A DNA stretch of 64,000 nucleotides, taken from the NCBI GenBank assembly GCA_044353855.1, contig JBILBF010000003.1:85628-149627 (forward strand), read 5' to 3'. The notes beneath the pieces are model-generated. The model was not told the DNA's origin. It searched no databases and saw only the letters and a list, made by a program, of their open reading frames with translations. The position numbers and the translations under genes are program-made. Shown piece after piece: positions 53,161 through 63,157 of this stretch (position 1 is its first letter; every line of letters starts with the position of its first letter). Source of the DNA: Bacteroidia bacterium (GTDB lineage: Bacteria > Bacteroidota > Bacteroidia > UKL13-3).

Positions 53161-53649
53161 TTATGTTCTCAACTCATCCACCCAAAACATAAAAGGCATA
53201 AATGTTTTTAAGCCTTCGGCTACATAAATATCACCCGTTTCACCTTGTAAAATAATGCGCATGGGTTTCTTAAATTTAAGCTCATACTCGCTCATGCTTT
53301 GCAGGCAAGCACCACAACTTGCAATGGGTTTATCTACAACAAAATTTGCTGCTTTTACCGTTATAGCCATAGTGATGATAGCACTATTGGGGTAAGTAGC
53401 TCCTGCATAAAAAATAGCAACACGTTCAGCACACAATCCTGATGGATAGGCAATATTTTCTTGGTTGCTTCCTTTTACAACTACACCATTTTCTAATTGC
53501 AAAGCACAGCCAACATAAAACTTAGAATAAGGCGCATACGATGAACTTACTGCTTCTTTTGCTTGCATTAATAATAGTCTATCGCCATCGGTTAATTCGA
53601 TTGCTGATGTATATTTTTTAACAACAGATTCAATTTTTATTTCTTCCAT
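53161..53649 (-). CDS. cdd: Cytidine deaminase (homotetrameric-type, ~160 aa)
   Basis: Zinc-ligand motifs CAERVAIF (C/H-A-E) and SCGACLQ (PCxxC). Confidence 0.88.
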   Translation of the reverse strand: MEEIKIESVVKKYTSAIELTDGDRLLLMQAKEAVSSSYAPYSKFYVGCALQLENGVVVKGSNQENIAYPSGLCAERVAIFYAGATYPNSAIITMAITVKAANFVVDKPIASCGACLQSMSEYELKFKKPMRIILQGETGDIYVAEGLKTFMPFMFWVDELRT

Positions 53650-53862
53650 TTCTAAATCAATACTACAAAAAAATATGAAAGGTTTGCATTTTTAGCCGCT
53701 ATTTGTATTAATTAAAGTTTACTCCTATGGTAAAAGTAGCATTAACTACTAACATAAATGATCAGGTTTGCTTCAAAAAAATAACGAAATCATCTGTGCA
53801 ATCTGAGGTAAAAAAAGACTTTTAATTATTAACCTCATTCACATTAAATTCGTCAAAATTAA

Positions 53863-55209
53863 ATGACCGTTACTATGCAAAAAATTTTGGTTTTAGGTGC
53901 TGGATTATCTACTTCTTATCTTATAAAATATTTATTAGAAAATGCCTCAATACACAATTGGATAATTACTGTTGCCGATGAAACAATTTCAACTGCTCAA
54001 TCAAAAATTAACAGCAATAGTTACGGGATTGCCTTAACATTAAATGCCGCAGATGAAGACAAACGTTCTGAGTTAATTTCCCAACATGATTTGATTATTT
54101 CCATGTTGCCACCTGCGTTACACATCTTAGTTGCTAAAGATTGTATTAGGCATAAAAAACATTTAGTAACAGCTTCGTATCTTTCTGATGAAATGAAAAA
54201 GTTAGATAAGGAAGCCAAAGAAGTGGGTATACTTTTATTAAATGAATGTGGACTAGATCCAGGCATTGACCACCTTTCGGCCATGAAAATTATAGACGAA
54301 ATCAAAGAAAAAGGTGGCGTGGTTAATTCATTCAGATCATTTTGTGGTGGATTAGTTGCTCCAGAATTTGATGATAATCCGTGGAATTATAAATTTACCT
54401 GGAACCCTCGAAACGTAGTTTTAGCAGGACAAGCAACAGCCAAATATTTAGAAAACAGTCATATAAAATTCATTCCTCCAGCACATATTTTTGAACAAAC
54501 TGAATCTGTTGCTCTACAAAACTATGGCGATTTTGAATCTTATGCCAACCGAGATTCATTGAGCTATATTGAACCTTATGGAATCGAAGATGCTCAAACT
54601 GTACTTCGTGGAACCCTACGTAAAAAAGGTTACAGTAAAGCATGGAATTTATTGGTAAAACTGGGATTAACCGATGATTCTTTTATTATTCATGATGCTC
54701 AAAAGTATACGCTTCGCACTTTTGTAAATGCTTTTGTTCCTGGAACAGAGTTGAACCAATTAGAAAAACGTACTGCAGTTTTTTTAAACATTGTAGAAAC
54801 AAGCAATGAATTTAACAAACTGAAATGGTTGGGCCTTTTTGATGAAACGCCAATTATGTTACAAGAGGCAACACCAGCACAAATTTTGCAACAAGTATTG
54901 CAACAAAAATGGAAACTCAAACCAGGCGAGTTGGATATGATTGTAATGAAACACCAGATACATTTCGAAATTCGAAATTTGAAATTCGAAATGGAAAGTG
55001 ACCTAGTTGTAAAAGGAGAAGATGAAACACTGACAGCAATGGCAAAAACGGTTGGATTGCCAATGGGTATAGCAGCAAAATTAATACTAACAGGAACCAT
55101 TAAAAGTAGAGGTGTACAGATGCCTTTAACACCAGAATTTTACATTCCAATTCTGGATGAATTGGCTTCATTTGGAATTATATTTAATGAAACAACTACC
55201 AAGTTATAA
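53863..55209 (+). CDS. Saccharopine-dehydrogenase-family NAD(P)-binding oxidoreductase
   Basis: N-terminal Rossmann motif ILVLGAGLSTSY; family-typical length (448 aa). Contains the in-frame heptanucleotide tract at 54964-54990. Confidence 0.8.
   Translation: MTVTMQKILVLGAGLSTSYLIKYLLENASIHNWIITVADETISTAQSKINSNSYGIALTLNAADEDKRSELISQHDLIISMLPPALHILVAKDCIRHKKHLVTASYLSDEMKKLDKEAKEVGILLLNECGLDPGIDHLSAMKIIDEIKEKGGVVNSFRSFCGGLVAPEFDDNPWNYKFTWNPRNVVLAGQATAKYLENSHIKFIPPAHIFEQTESVALQNYGDFESYANRDSLSYIEPYGIEDAQTVLRGTLRKKGYSKAWNLLVKLGLTDDSFIIHDAQKYTLRTFVNAFVPGTELNQLEKRTAVFLNIVETSNEFNKLKWLGLFDETPIMLQEATPAQILQQVLQQKWKLKPGELDMIVMKHQIHFEIRNLKFEMESDLVVKGEDETLTAMAKTVGLPMGIAAKLILTGTIKSRGVQMPLTPEFYIPILDELASFGIIFNETTTKL
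54964..54990. repeat. Heptanucleotide tract (GAAATTC/GAAATTT)n on + strand: TTCGAAATTCGAAATTTGAAATTCGAA, encoding FEIRNLKFE in-frame
   Basis: Read directly. Same sequence, same codon phase and same coding-strand orientation as the valS tract. Confidence 0.9.
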
Positions 55210-56713
55210 TATTCGATTTATACTTTGCTTGTATGCATTGGTATACCTTTCCTTGTTGCCTTGGTTTCAATATAAAATAGTTTCTGATATGGTAGCTTAT
55301 ATCAGTATTAGCAAACATATTGTAGCTGGCAATTTTTATAGTGCTATCAATGCCTACTGGTCGCCTCTAATAAGTTGGCTAATGGCACCATTTATTGGCG
55401 TTGGAATAAATGGATTACTTGCTTATAAAATGCTGAATTTAGTTGCTGGACTTATAAGTCTTTTTCAACTCCATATTATTGCCAACGATTATTTAAGCAA
55501 ACAATACACTAAGTGGCTGTTTATGCTTCTTTGTGTTCCGCATCTATTATATTTTAGTTTATGCAATGCCACACCCGATATTATTTCCCTTGCATGCTGG
55601 CTTTTAGTATTTAATCATATTCGAAAAGTCATACAAAATCCAACAATAACAAATGCTATCATTACAGGTTTATTAGCTAGTCTCTCCTACTTTGCCAAAT
55701 ATTATAACTTTTATGCATTTATATTATTATGCTTTATAGTGGCAGTGTATTGTATTATTATCCAAAAACAAATAGCCATTAAATATTTATTACTGTCAGT
55801 AACGCTCTTTGGTCTTGTATGTTCATTTTGGATGTTGCAACTACAAAGTAAATTTGGTGTTTATACTCCTACTACTGCTGCTCAATTCAACATAAATTTG
55901 ATTAACCCTACTGTTGCTAAACAACCAATATTATTTGGCAATCACTTGTTAAGTATTAACTATAGTAATTTTATAACTACCTCTTGGGAATATCCTCCTG
56001 ATTATACTATTAAACAATGGAGCCCATTTAACAGTATGGAAACCTTCAAAAAACATATACAAATTAACCTCACCAAAAATTTGTACCATTTTCGAAATAA
56101 ACATGTAATTGAATTCGTTTTATTTGGCGTTGCTTGTATTATTTTTTTACTTAACTACAAATCATTTGAAGCAAAATATTGGCTTTTACTTTGCTGTATT
56201 TTAGCATATCCTTTGGGTTATTTTTGGGTAGTAGCATCAAGCCGTTATGTTTTATTTAGTTTGTTATTAGGTATTCTATTCATACTTATTCTTGTTGAAA
56301 AGAATCCAATTAAACACAAAAATTACATAATTATCCTACTCGTTTTCGGTGCATTGTACTCCAATTTTATTACCCTTAATCGTATTATATTTTATAAAGA
56401 CAAAGGAAGTAATTATGCCCATTTTTATCATGCTGTAAATACTGTATCTCCTTTCAGTAAACATAAAATACTCGCAAGCCCGGATACTTGGGCTCCCGCA
56501 TTGTATTTAAGTTATTATAGTGAATCTAAATTATATGACGTTCTTAAACCAGAGCTGTTGCAACAAAACAAAGAGGCTATAACACATTTAGGAATTGACT
56601 ATTATTTTTGCAATCGAAGTGAAATTCCTGAAGGATATAAAAACTGTATACAATACTCAGGAGACTGGGTATTGATAAAATTAAACGATTCTACTTGTTT
56701 GATTAAGCCATAA
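55187..56713 (+). CDS. GT-C-fold membrane glycosyltransferase (ArnT/PMT-like, GT39/GT83 family)
   Basis: ≥10 TM helices; first-loop motif SDMVAYISISKHIVAGNFY resembling the DE(x)RYA…GDW motif of ArnT/PMT enzymes; C-terminal soluble domain. Start uncertain (55157/55187/55289). Confidence 0.65.
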   Translation: MKQLPSYNIRFILCLYALVYLSLLPWFQYKIVSDMVAYISISKHIVAGNFYSAINAYWSPLISWLMAPFIGVGINGLLAYKMLNLVAGLISLFQLHIIANDYLSKQYTKWLFMLLCVPHLLYFSLCNATPDIISLACWLLVFNHIRKVIQNPTITNAIITGLLASLSYFAKYYNFYAFILLCFIVAVYCIIIQKQIAIKYLLLSVTLFGLVCSFWMLQLQSKFGVYTPTTAAQFNINLINPTVAKQPILFGNHLLSINYSNFITTSWEYPPDYTIKQWSPFNSMETFKKHIQINLTKNLYHFRNKHVIEFVLFGVACIIFLLNYKSFEAKYWLLLCCILAYPLGYFWVVASSRYVLFSLLLGILFILILVEKNPIKHKNYIIILLVFGALYSNFITLNRIIFYKDKGSNYAHFYHAVNTVSPFSKHKILASPDTWAPALYLSYYSESKLYDVLKPELLQQNKEAITHLGIDYYFCNRSEIPEGYKNCIQYSGDWVLIKLNDSTCLIKP

Positions 56714-57418
56714 CAAGAAGGGATCTGTAACTTTTCTATATTCGGCTGTATACAAGCTATCTTTTTCATAAATTGTAAACTGTATTCGGTTTAGAACTTT
56801 AGGTTTTACTTTACCAAAACATATGATCATTCTATTTATCTTTTTCCCAACTATCGGAGCAATTAAAATATTAGTTGTTGGATAAAAACCAAAATTGGAT
56901 AACATCTCCAAGCATAATTCTCCTTCATGTTTTGGCAATACAATCCAACATGAACCATCCTGTGTTAATACATCATACACACCTTTCAAAAAATCGGTGA
57001 TTGTCAATTCAACATCGTACCTAGCATTTGCTCGTTGGGTATCAGGTATCGTTATATGTTGAGATGATTTGTAATACGGAGGATTACTAACAATAAGCTG
57101 GTATAGTTGGGGTGAACTTTTTACAAACTGCTGAAAAGAAATAGGATTTATTTGTAATCGGTTACTCCATTTACTTTCTGTAAAATTAGACCTTGCCTCA
57201 TTCGCAGCTGCTGTGTCAATTTCTACAGCATCAATCTGTGCCCCTACAAATCGTTGTGCCATCATTAATGCAAGCAAGCCAGTTCCTGTACCAATATCAA
57301 GTATCCGTTTTGGATAATCAGCTTGCAACAAACAGCCAAGTAGTAAACTATCTGTTCCAACTTTCATTGCCGATTGTGATTGGTTAACCTTAAATTGTTT
57401 GAAAGTAAAAATAGACAT
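56681..57418 (-). CDS. tRNA1(Val) (adenine37-N6)-methyltransferase-like SAM-dependent methyltransferase (TrmN6/YfiC family)
   Basis: SAM motif ILDIGTGTGLLALM and N6-adenine MTase tetrapeptide NPPY. Confidence 0.8.
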   Translation of the reverse strand: MSIFTFKQFKVNQSQSAMKVGTDSLLLGCLLQADYPKRILDIGTGTGLLALMMAQRFVGAQIDAVEIDTAAANEARSNFTESKWSNRLQINPISFQQFVKSSPQLYQLIVSNPPYYKSSQHITIPDTQRANARYDVELTITDFLKGVYDVLTQDGSCWIVLPKHEGELCLEMLSNFGFYPTTNILIAPIVGKKINRMIICFGKVKPKVLNRIQFTIYEKDSLYTAEYRKVTDPFLLWLNQTSRIV

Positions 57419-57445
57419 TATAAAAAGGTAAAGCTGTTTATTTAT

Positions 57446-58915
57446 TTAGTTTACACAAGAGCACAACACATCTCTCTTTGGAATAACATATTTATAATCA
57501 GGAGCGGTAAGCTCAGTATAATAAATAACTGATAAACTTGTTACAGGTTCATTGGGATGATCTTTATTCCATTTACGGATATAATAATTGCAAAAATACC
57601 CACGCATAAAATTATTGCTCACAAAAATAAAATTTTCAGCATATTTACGCCACCTATCATTTTTAAACATTGCAGTAATATTAGCAGGCTTTTTAGCAGT
57701 AATTGAATCGGTGGGATGAAATAAATCAATTGTTCGATTGTTTTTTGTTTTACCTTCCAGTACATACCAGCCATCATCTTTAAATACACCTGGCGCAAAC
57801 ATTCCCCAGTTTTGATCAATACGTAAAACGTAGCCAATAAAACGAACTTTATCGGAAAGTTTATAATGGTTAAATGAAACATTTCCCGCATTCCAAATTA
57901 ATACATATACAACCAATCCAGCTAACACATATTTAACAATATTATGTTTGAATTCTGGATGTGTATATTTCCATTTTACCAACCCCGAAAACAAAGAAGC
58001 AATACCTAAAAACGAATTGGCAAAAAAACTTTTAATTATTACTGTTTTTACATCAAGCCAATCCATAAATGAAGTAGGTAATAATCCTATTGCGCTAACA
58101 ATACCTATTATTGGAAACAAGCCAATCAGTATACTATATGAATTGAAAGAATGAAAACCAACAATTAGGATAACTGCGGCCATCCTAAACCAATTATTTT
58201 TTACTGGAATAAAAAATAAAACAGGAACTAGCATCTCAAACCAAAATGCTATTGAGGTCAATATTTTGAGTAATTGCGGATACACATAAAGAAAATGAAT
58301 ATGAGGATAAACAATTTGATCAAGGCTATACACATAATACAATGCATCCAAATTGGTATGCCATTCCACACCTTTTAATAATGCCGAACCTGTATAAAGA
58401 TATGTTAGTTGTAAAACATATGCCAATGTAGCTAAGGAAAAAATGTTGGTATAAATATGTTTTTGTTTGCCCAATATTTTATCGCACGAATAATAGGTGC
58501 CCCAAGGCAAAAAGATACCCCAAAACAAGGTCATTCGTAATAAATCATCGCCACCTTGAAGTATGAGTACATTACGGTTATGAAGTGATAATAATAGCAG
58601 CCATGAAAGGAACGTAAACAACCGTGTTCGATATCCAATTAGTAATAATAAAGCACAGCAAGCAGCAACAATAAACAACAACAATTGAACTTGCCATAAT
58701 CCGCTAATGGTGTGAAATGAGAAATAATAATCATTCCATTTATATTGAAAAATCATACTTAATGGAGCCACGCCTGAATTGGCATAAAAGGCCTCCAAAT
58801 CAGAAAGACGAATACTTAAATCAACCAAAACAACCAATGCAACTGCTATGCGCATAAGCGCAAGCGCTCGCAAATCAAAAGCTAATTTCGTGTGTAAGTA
58901 TGCTATGAGTTTCAC
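57446..58915 (-). CDS. HTTM-domain (vitamin-K-dependent gamma-carboxylase-like) integral membrane protein with ~200-aa C-terminal soluble domain
   Basis: N-terminus LAFDLRALALMRIAVALVVLVDLSIRLSDLEAFYANSGVAPL matches the HTTM signature (DxR…R…D…F…G); multiple TM helices follow. Confidence 0.65.
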   Translation of the reverse strand: MKLIAYLHTKLAFDLRALALMRIAVALVVLVDLSIRLSDLEAFYANSGVAPLSMIFQYKWNDYYFSFHTISGLWQVQLLLFIVAACCALLLLIGYRTRLFTFLSWLLLLSLHNRNVLILQGGDDLLRMTLFWGIFLPWGTYYSCDKILGKQKHIYTNIFSLATLAYVLQLTYLYTGSALLKGVEWHTNLDALYYVYSLDQIVYPHIHFLYVYPQLLKILTSIAFWFEMLVPVLFFIPVKNNWFRMAAVILIVGFHSFNSYSILIGLFPIIGIVSAIGLLPTSFMDWLDVKTVIIKSFFANSFLGIASLFSGLVKWKYTHPEFKHNIVKYVLAGLVVYVLIWNAGNVSFNHYKLSDKVRFIGYVLRIDQNWGMFAPGVFKDDGWYVLEGKTKNNRTIDLFHPTDSITAKKPANITAMFKNDRWRKYAENFIFVSNNFMRGYFCNYYIRKWNKDHPNEPVTSLSVIYYTELTAPDYKYVIPKRDVLCSCVN

Positions 58916-58958
58916 TCTGCCTATCTTCTTATTTTAACCATTGAGCTTAATACCAACT

Positions 58959-59648
58959 TTATTGTAATATGTCACTTTCAATTACACCATCGCGCAGCCT
59001 AATAATTCGCTTCGCTCTACGTGCAATATCTTCTTCATGGGTAACTACAATTACGGTATTACCTTTTTGATGTATCTCTTCCATCAACTGCATAATTTCT
59101 ACAGATGTTTTGGTATCCAAATTACCTGTAGGCTCATCAGCTAAAATTATAGAAGGATTGTTTACCAAAGCGCGAGCAATGGCAACACGTTGGCGTTGCC
59201 CACCCGAAAGTTCGTTCGGTTTATGATCCATCCTATCGGCCAAACCAACACTGGTTAATGAATGTGTGGCGCGTGCAACTCTTTCTTTTTTACTAAAGCC
59301 AGCATATACTAATGGCAAAGCAACATTATCTAAAGATGTATTACGTGCAAGTAAATTGAATGTTTGAAATACAAAACCAATTTCTTTATTTCTAATTTCG
59401 GCAAGCTGGTTGTCATTTAAATCGCTTACTATTTGGTTGTTTAATACATAACTTCCACTAGTTGGCGTATCCAAACAACCTAAAATATTCATGAGAGTAG
59501 ATTTACCAGAACCAGAAGGACCCATAAAAGCAACGTATTCGCCACTGTTTATGACCAAATCAACACCACGTAATGCATATACATCTGTATCCCCAATTTT
59601 AAAATGACGGGTGATTTGTTTTAACTCAATTACTTTTTGATGGTCCAT
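58959..59648 (-). CDS. ABC transporter ATP-binding protein (LolD/MacB/FtsE-like)
   Basis: Walker [10 protein letters not shown], signature LSGGQRQR, Walker [13 protein letters not shown]-loop. Confidence 0.9.
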   Translation of the reverse strand: MDHQKVIELKQITRHFKIGDTDVYALRGVDLVINSGEYVAFMGPSGSGKSTLMNILGCLDTPTSGSYVLNNQIVSDLNDNQLAEIRNKEIGFVFQTFNLLARNTSLDNVALPLVYAGFSKKERVARATHSLTSVGLADRMDHKPNELSGGQRQRVAIARALVNNPSIILADEPTGNLDTKTSVEIMQLMEEIHQKGNTVIVVTHEEDIARRAKRIIRLRDGVIESDILQ

Positions 59649-59764
59649 CTATTTTTATAAATCGTTTTTTGAAGCTCAAACCTTTTAGATATTAAAATAA
59701 TGTAAGCTACGACTAGTACTAATTTTTTCAAACAATTAACTCACTCAATCAATCAATATAAAAT

Positions 59765-60055
59765 CTATTTAGAACTAAACTTAGGTACTCTAAAATAATC
59801 TGAATCTTTGGCAGGAGCATTTTTCAGTGCTTCTTCATGCGTCAACTCTTGTTTCACTTCATCTTCTCGCAATACATTTACAGCATCACTCATAAATATA
59901 AGCGGTTCAACATTATCAGTATTTACTTTATTGAGCTCTTCAAAAAAGGCAGTAATCTGAATTAGGTCCGCTTTAATTTTTTCTTTTTCTTCACCATTAA
60001 ATTCAAGTTTGGCAAGGTCGGCCAACTTATCTACTAATTCATTGCTAATATCCAT
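59765..60055 (-). CDS. gatC: Asp/Glu-tRNA(Asn/Gln) amidotransferase subunit C
   Basis: 96 aa; LAKLEF…EE…L…I..F..L..V.T..V.P motif arrangement typical of GatC. Confidence 0.8.
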   Translation of the reverse strand: MDISNELVDKLADLAKLEFNGEEKEKIKADLIQITAFFEELNKVNTDNVEPLIFMSDAVNVLREDEVKQELTHEEALKNAPAKDSDYFRVPKFSSK

Positions 60056-60788
60056 ATTCTGCTAATTTACGTTCAATTATAGTATAAACTTTAAGTTTTA
60101 ATGATTCTACATCATCTAATATCATTCCTTTTGTATCAATTGGTTCATGAACATATTGTACAATACGAGCTGGTCTAAATCGGGTTTTACCTTGATCGGG
60201 TAAAGCAATCCAGTTACCAATAATGGTAACTGGCAATAGCGGTTTTTGTGTTTCAATAGCTAACCTAAATGCACCTTCTTTAAAACGCCCCATTTTAGGA
60301 ACTGTTGTTGGAATAGTTCCTTCTGGAAAAATAACAATACTTTTATTCTCCTTAATCAATTGCTCTTTAGCCTGCTGAAATGCCCAGACAGATTGACGTA
60401 TATTTTTTCTATCAACGGCAATATCTATAGTTCTAAAAAAAATACCAAAAAATGGGATGCGAGCTAATTCTATTTTTGCCATAAAATTAACAAACATTGG
60501 AAGCTTAACTGTTAAGGTTGGAATATCCAAATAGGAAGTATGATTGGAGACTACAACATATGCTTCATTCCAATGTATTGGTACCTCTTCTATTTGTTTA
60601 ACCCAAAGTCCACCTGAAATAAACAACCACCAACCCCATATTTTACGGGTCGTGTGAGCAGCACTATACCACTTATTGTTGCTTAAAAACAATGCGAAAA
60701 ATGGATACAAAACAATGAATCCTAAAAGAGTACAAATGGCAAAGTAAATAGCAAATATTATTTTGAATAGGTCTTTTATCTTGGCCAT
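60045..60788 (-). CDS. plsC: 1-acyl-sn-glycerol-3-phosphate acyltransferase (lysophospholipid acyltransferase)
   Basis: HxxxxD (NHTSYLD) and FPEGT motifs; N-terminal TM anchor. Confidence 0.85.
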   Translation of the reverse strand: MAKIKDLFKIIFAIYFAICTLLGFIVLYPFFALFLSNNKWYSAAHTTRKIWGWWLFISGGLWVKQIEEVPIHWNEAYVVVSNHTSYLDIPTLTVKLPMFVNFMAKIELARIPFFGIFFRTIDIAVDRKNIRQSVWAFQQAKEQLIKENKSIVIFPEGTIPTTVPKMGRFKEGAFRLAIETQKPLLPVTIIGNWIALPDQGKTRFRPARIVQYVHEPIDTKGMILDDVESLKLKVYTIIERKLAEYGY

Positions 60789-60935
60789 TTTTTAATTCAT
60801 TACTAATTTATTCGTTTTTTTATTGAGTTATGTTCATTCACTGACAATAAATTTTAGATGTTAGACTTTAAAATTGGAAATAAACAATCTACAACTTTAT
60901 ACATTCTTCCATTTACAAACCAGCTACCGATAACA

Positions 60936-61577
60936 TTAAACGCCCCATTTACTTGGTGATTTTCTCCACTCCGTTAACACTGCAATCTGCTCGGGTTTAA
61001 CCAATCCTTTTTGAACAGCAACATCAATTAACACATTGTAATTACTTAACGAAAAATAAGTGCAGCCAACTTTTTCAAAGGCGTCTTTCGCCAAATCAAA
61101 ACCATAGGTAAAAATAGAAACCATGCCCAATACTTCGCATCCATATTCTTGTAATGATTGAACTGCTTGTAAACTGCTTTTTCCTGTAGAAACTAAATCT
61201 TCTACCACAACTATTTTTTGACCAGGTTTGATATCTCCTTCAACTTGTTTACCCATTCCATGTTTTTTAGCTTCTGATCGAATATAACCAAATGGTAAAT
61301 TCATTTCATCTGCTACCAATGCTCCTGGAGCAATTCCAGCGGTAGCAACACCTACTATAGCTTCTGTACCTATAAATTTATTGGTTATTAGTTTACCTAG
61401 TTCCTGTTTTATGAAAGTACGGGCCTCAGGATAAGAAAGCGAAAGCCTATTATCACTGTATATAGGAGATTTCCATCCAGATGTCCATGTAAATGGTGTA
61501 TCTGGACTTAATTTAATGGCATTAATATCTAATAAATATTCTGCTATCTTAGCAGCTGTAATATCATGTTGTTGCAT
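60936..61577 (-). CDS. pyrE: Orotate phosphoribosyltransferase
   Basis: PRPP-binding motif VVVVEDLVSTGKS and type-I PRTase fold blocks. Start set at internal MQQHDIT (the ORF track's longer N-terminus is likely spurious). Confidence 0.85.
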   Translation of the reverse strand: MQQHDITAAKIAEYLLDINAIKLSPDTPFTWTSGWKSPIYSDNRLSLSYPEARTFIKQELGKLITNKFIGTEAIVGVATAGIAPGALVADEMNLPFGYIRSEAKKHGMGKQVEGDIKPGQKIVVVEDLVSTGKSSLQAVQSLQEYGCEVLGMVSIFTYGFDLAKDAFEKVGCTYFSLSNYNVLIDVAVQKGLVKPEQIAVLTEWRKSPSKWGV

Positions 61578-61584
61578 ACGGCAA

Positions 61585-62184
61585 ATGTATAAAATTTTCA
61601 TCAACGAGAAACCATTCATTATTGCAGATAATTCTGAAGATGTTACACCATTTCCAAACTGTAAACAAGTTGACCATAATCCATTAAAGATAGCTGAATA
61701 CATAAAGGATTGTGAAAGCCTCAAATCCAAAGGGGTTTTAATGATTTCTGATGATATTGAGTTTGCCTTCAAAGATTTTTATACTCATTTCGTACCCATT
61801 GAAGCATCTGGAGGTGCCGTTTTTAATGATAAGAAACAATTATTACTCATAAAAAGACTAGGGAAATGGGATTTGCCAAAGGGTAAAATAGATGGCAACG
61901 AAACACCAGAAGAAGCAGCCATTCGAGAAGTTGAAGAAGAATGTGGTATACATGGTCTAACTATTACAGGCAAATTACCATCAAGTTATCATTGTTATAA
62001 ACAACACAATCACCGTTTTTTAAAAATAGTTTTTTGGTTTACTATGCACACATCCGATAATAGACAATTGATACCTCAAAAAGAAGAACATATTACTGAA
62101 GCAGTATGGAAGGATTGGAAAACATTGGATATAGATAAACTTGATTCTTATGCTTCCATTCAAGATTTACTAAAAAGTGTATAA
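61585..62184 (+). CDS. NUDIX hydrolase
   Basis: Nudix box GKIDGNETPEEAAIREVEEECGI (Gx5Ex7REUxEExGU). Start uncertain (61585 or 61741). Confidence 0.75.
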   Translation: MYKIFINEKPFIIADNSEDVTPFPNCKQVDHNPLKIAEYIKDCESLKSKGVLMISDDIEFAFKDFYTHFVPIEASGGAVFNDKKQLLLIKRLGKWDLPKGKIDGNETPEEAAIREVEEECGIHGLTITGKLPSSYHCYKQHNHRFLKIVFWFTMHTSDNRQLIPQKEEHITEAVWKDWKTLDIDKLDSYASIQDLLKSV

Positions 62185-62464
62185 GAGAATATAATGAAGC
62201 CAATCTTGTATATCAATATTTTAAAAACTAACTTATAGAATGTTAATTGCTGTTTTTCAGTTGAATAAATATACAATTCATAATTCTTAAAATGCTTTGC
62301 TATTTTGTACAGTATTATTTATAACATCTTTAGCAATATTGTAATACCTTGAAATAAGACATGTTAACTGTTCGGTTTATTTCTTGTATAACAAAATTAC
62401 TATTACCAATTATGTTGGAAATATTTATGTTGCTATAGAATGTTTTAACCAATGAAAAACAATT

Positions 62465-63091
62465 TCATTTTTTGATATAACCAGTCATCCAATCACTCAT
62501 TTTTGCAAACCCATCTTTCATTTGTTTGCCCCATTGTTCCATATTTTCTTTGGTTAACTCTTGCGCTTTTTCAGCAGAAGTTTGAAATTCTGTTATCTTT
62601 TCTTCAATTTCTTTACGTGCTTTATCTGCTTCCTCTTTTACTTCCATTTTAGCCAATGCAAATTGTAATTGAGCAATTTCCAAACCAGCCTTTATAGCTT
62701 TTGTATTGTTTTCAAACAATTCCATCATGTATCCATAATTACCATGATATGCATGCTTTCCTGCTGAAAAAACTTCTTGTAAAGCCAAGTCTATTTTTTT
62801 ACGCTGCTCATCAAACATATCTTTTCCATCTGCTTTGCCTAAATTTAATTGAAGGTTCAATTCTTCCAATTTACTGCGTAGCTTGGTTGCATTTTCCTCA
62901 GCAATATCTGTTGCTTTATCCAAATTCGTTTTCATCGATTCTATCATACTACGCAATTGTACTTTCTGTTTTTCAAAAGCATCTACTGCATCCATTTTAC
63001 CAAGCGAAAATTGTATACGCATATCCTCAAGAGATGATTTCCAAGTGTTAAACGTTTGTTTAAATTGTTCTTCAATGTGTTTCGTGTCCAT
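62465..63091 (-). CDS. Hypothetical coiled-coil protein with three ~45-aa internal repeats
   Basis: Repeats IQFSLGKMDAVDAFEKQK / LQLNLGKADGKDMFDEQRKK / LQFALAKMEVKEEADKARKE. Highly charged, helical. Confidence 0.5.
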   Translation of the reverse strand: MDTKHIEEQFKQTFNTWKSSLEDMRIQFSLGKMDAVDAFEKQKVQLRSMIESMKTNLDKATDIAEENATKLRSKLEELNLQLNLGKADGKDMFDEQRKKIDLALQEVFSAGKHAYHGNYGYMMELFENNTKAIKAGLEIAQLQFALAKMEVKEEADKARKEIEEKITEFQTSAEKAQELTKENMEQWGKQMKDGFAKMSDWMTGYIKK

Positions 63092-63157
63092 GATATTAAA
63101 ATTATATAGTTATAAAAATGCGATTGTTAAATAAAGTTAAAGTAATGTTTTGGTGAA

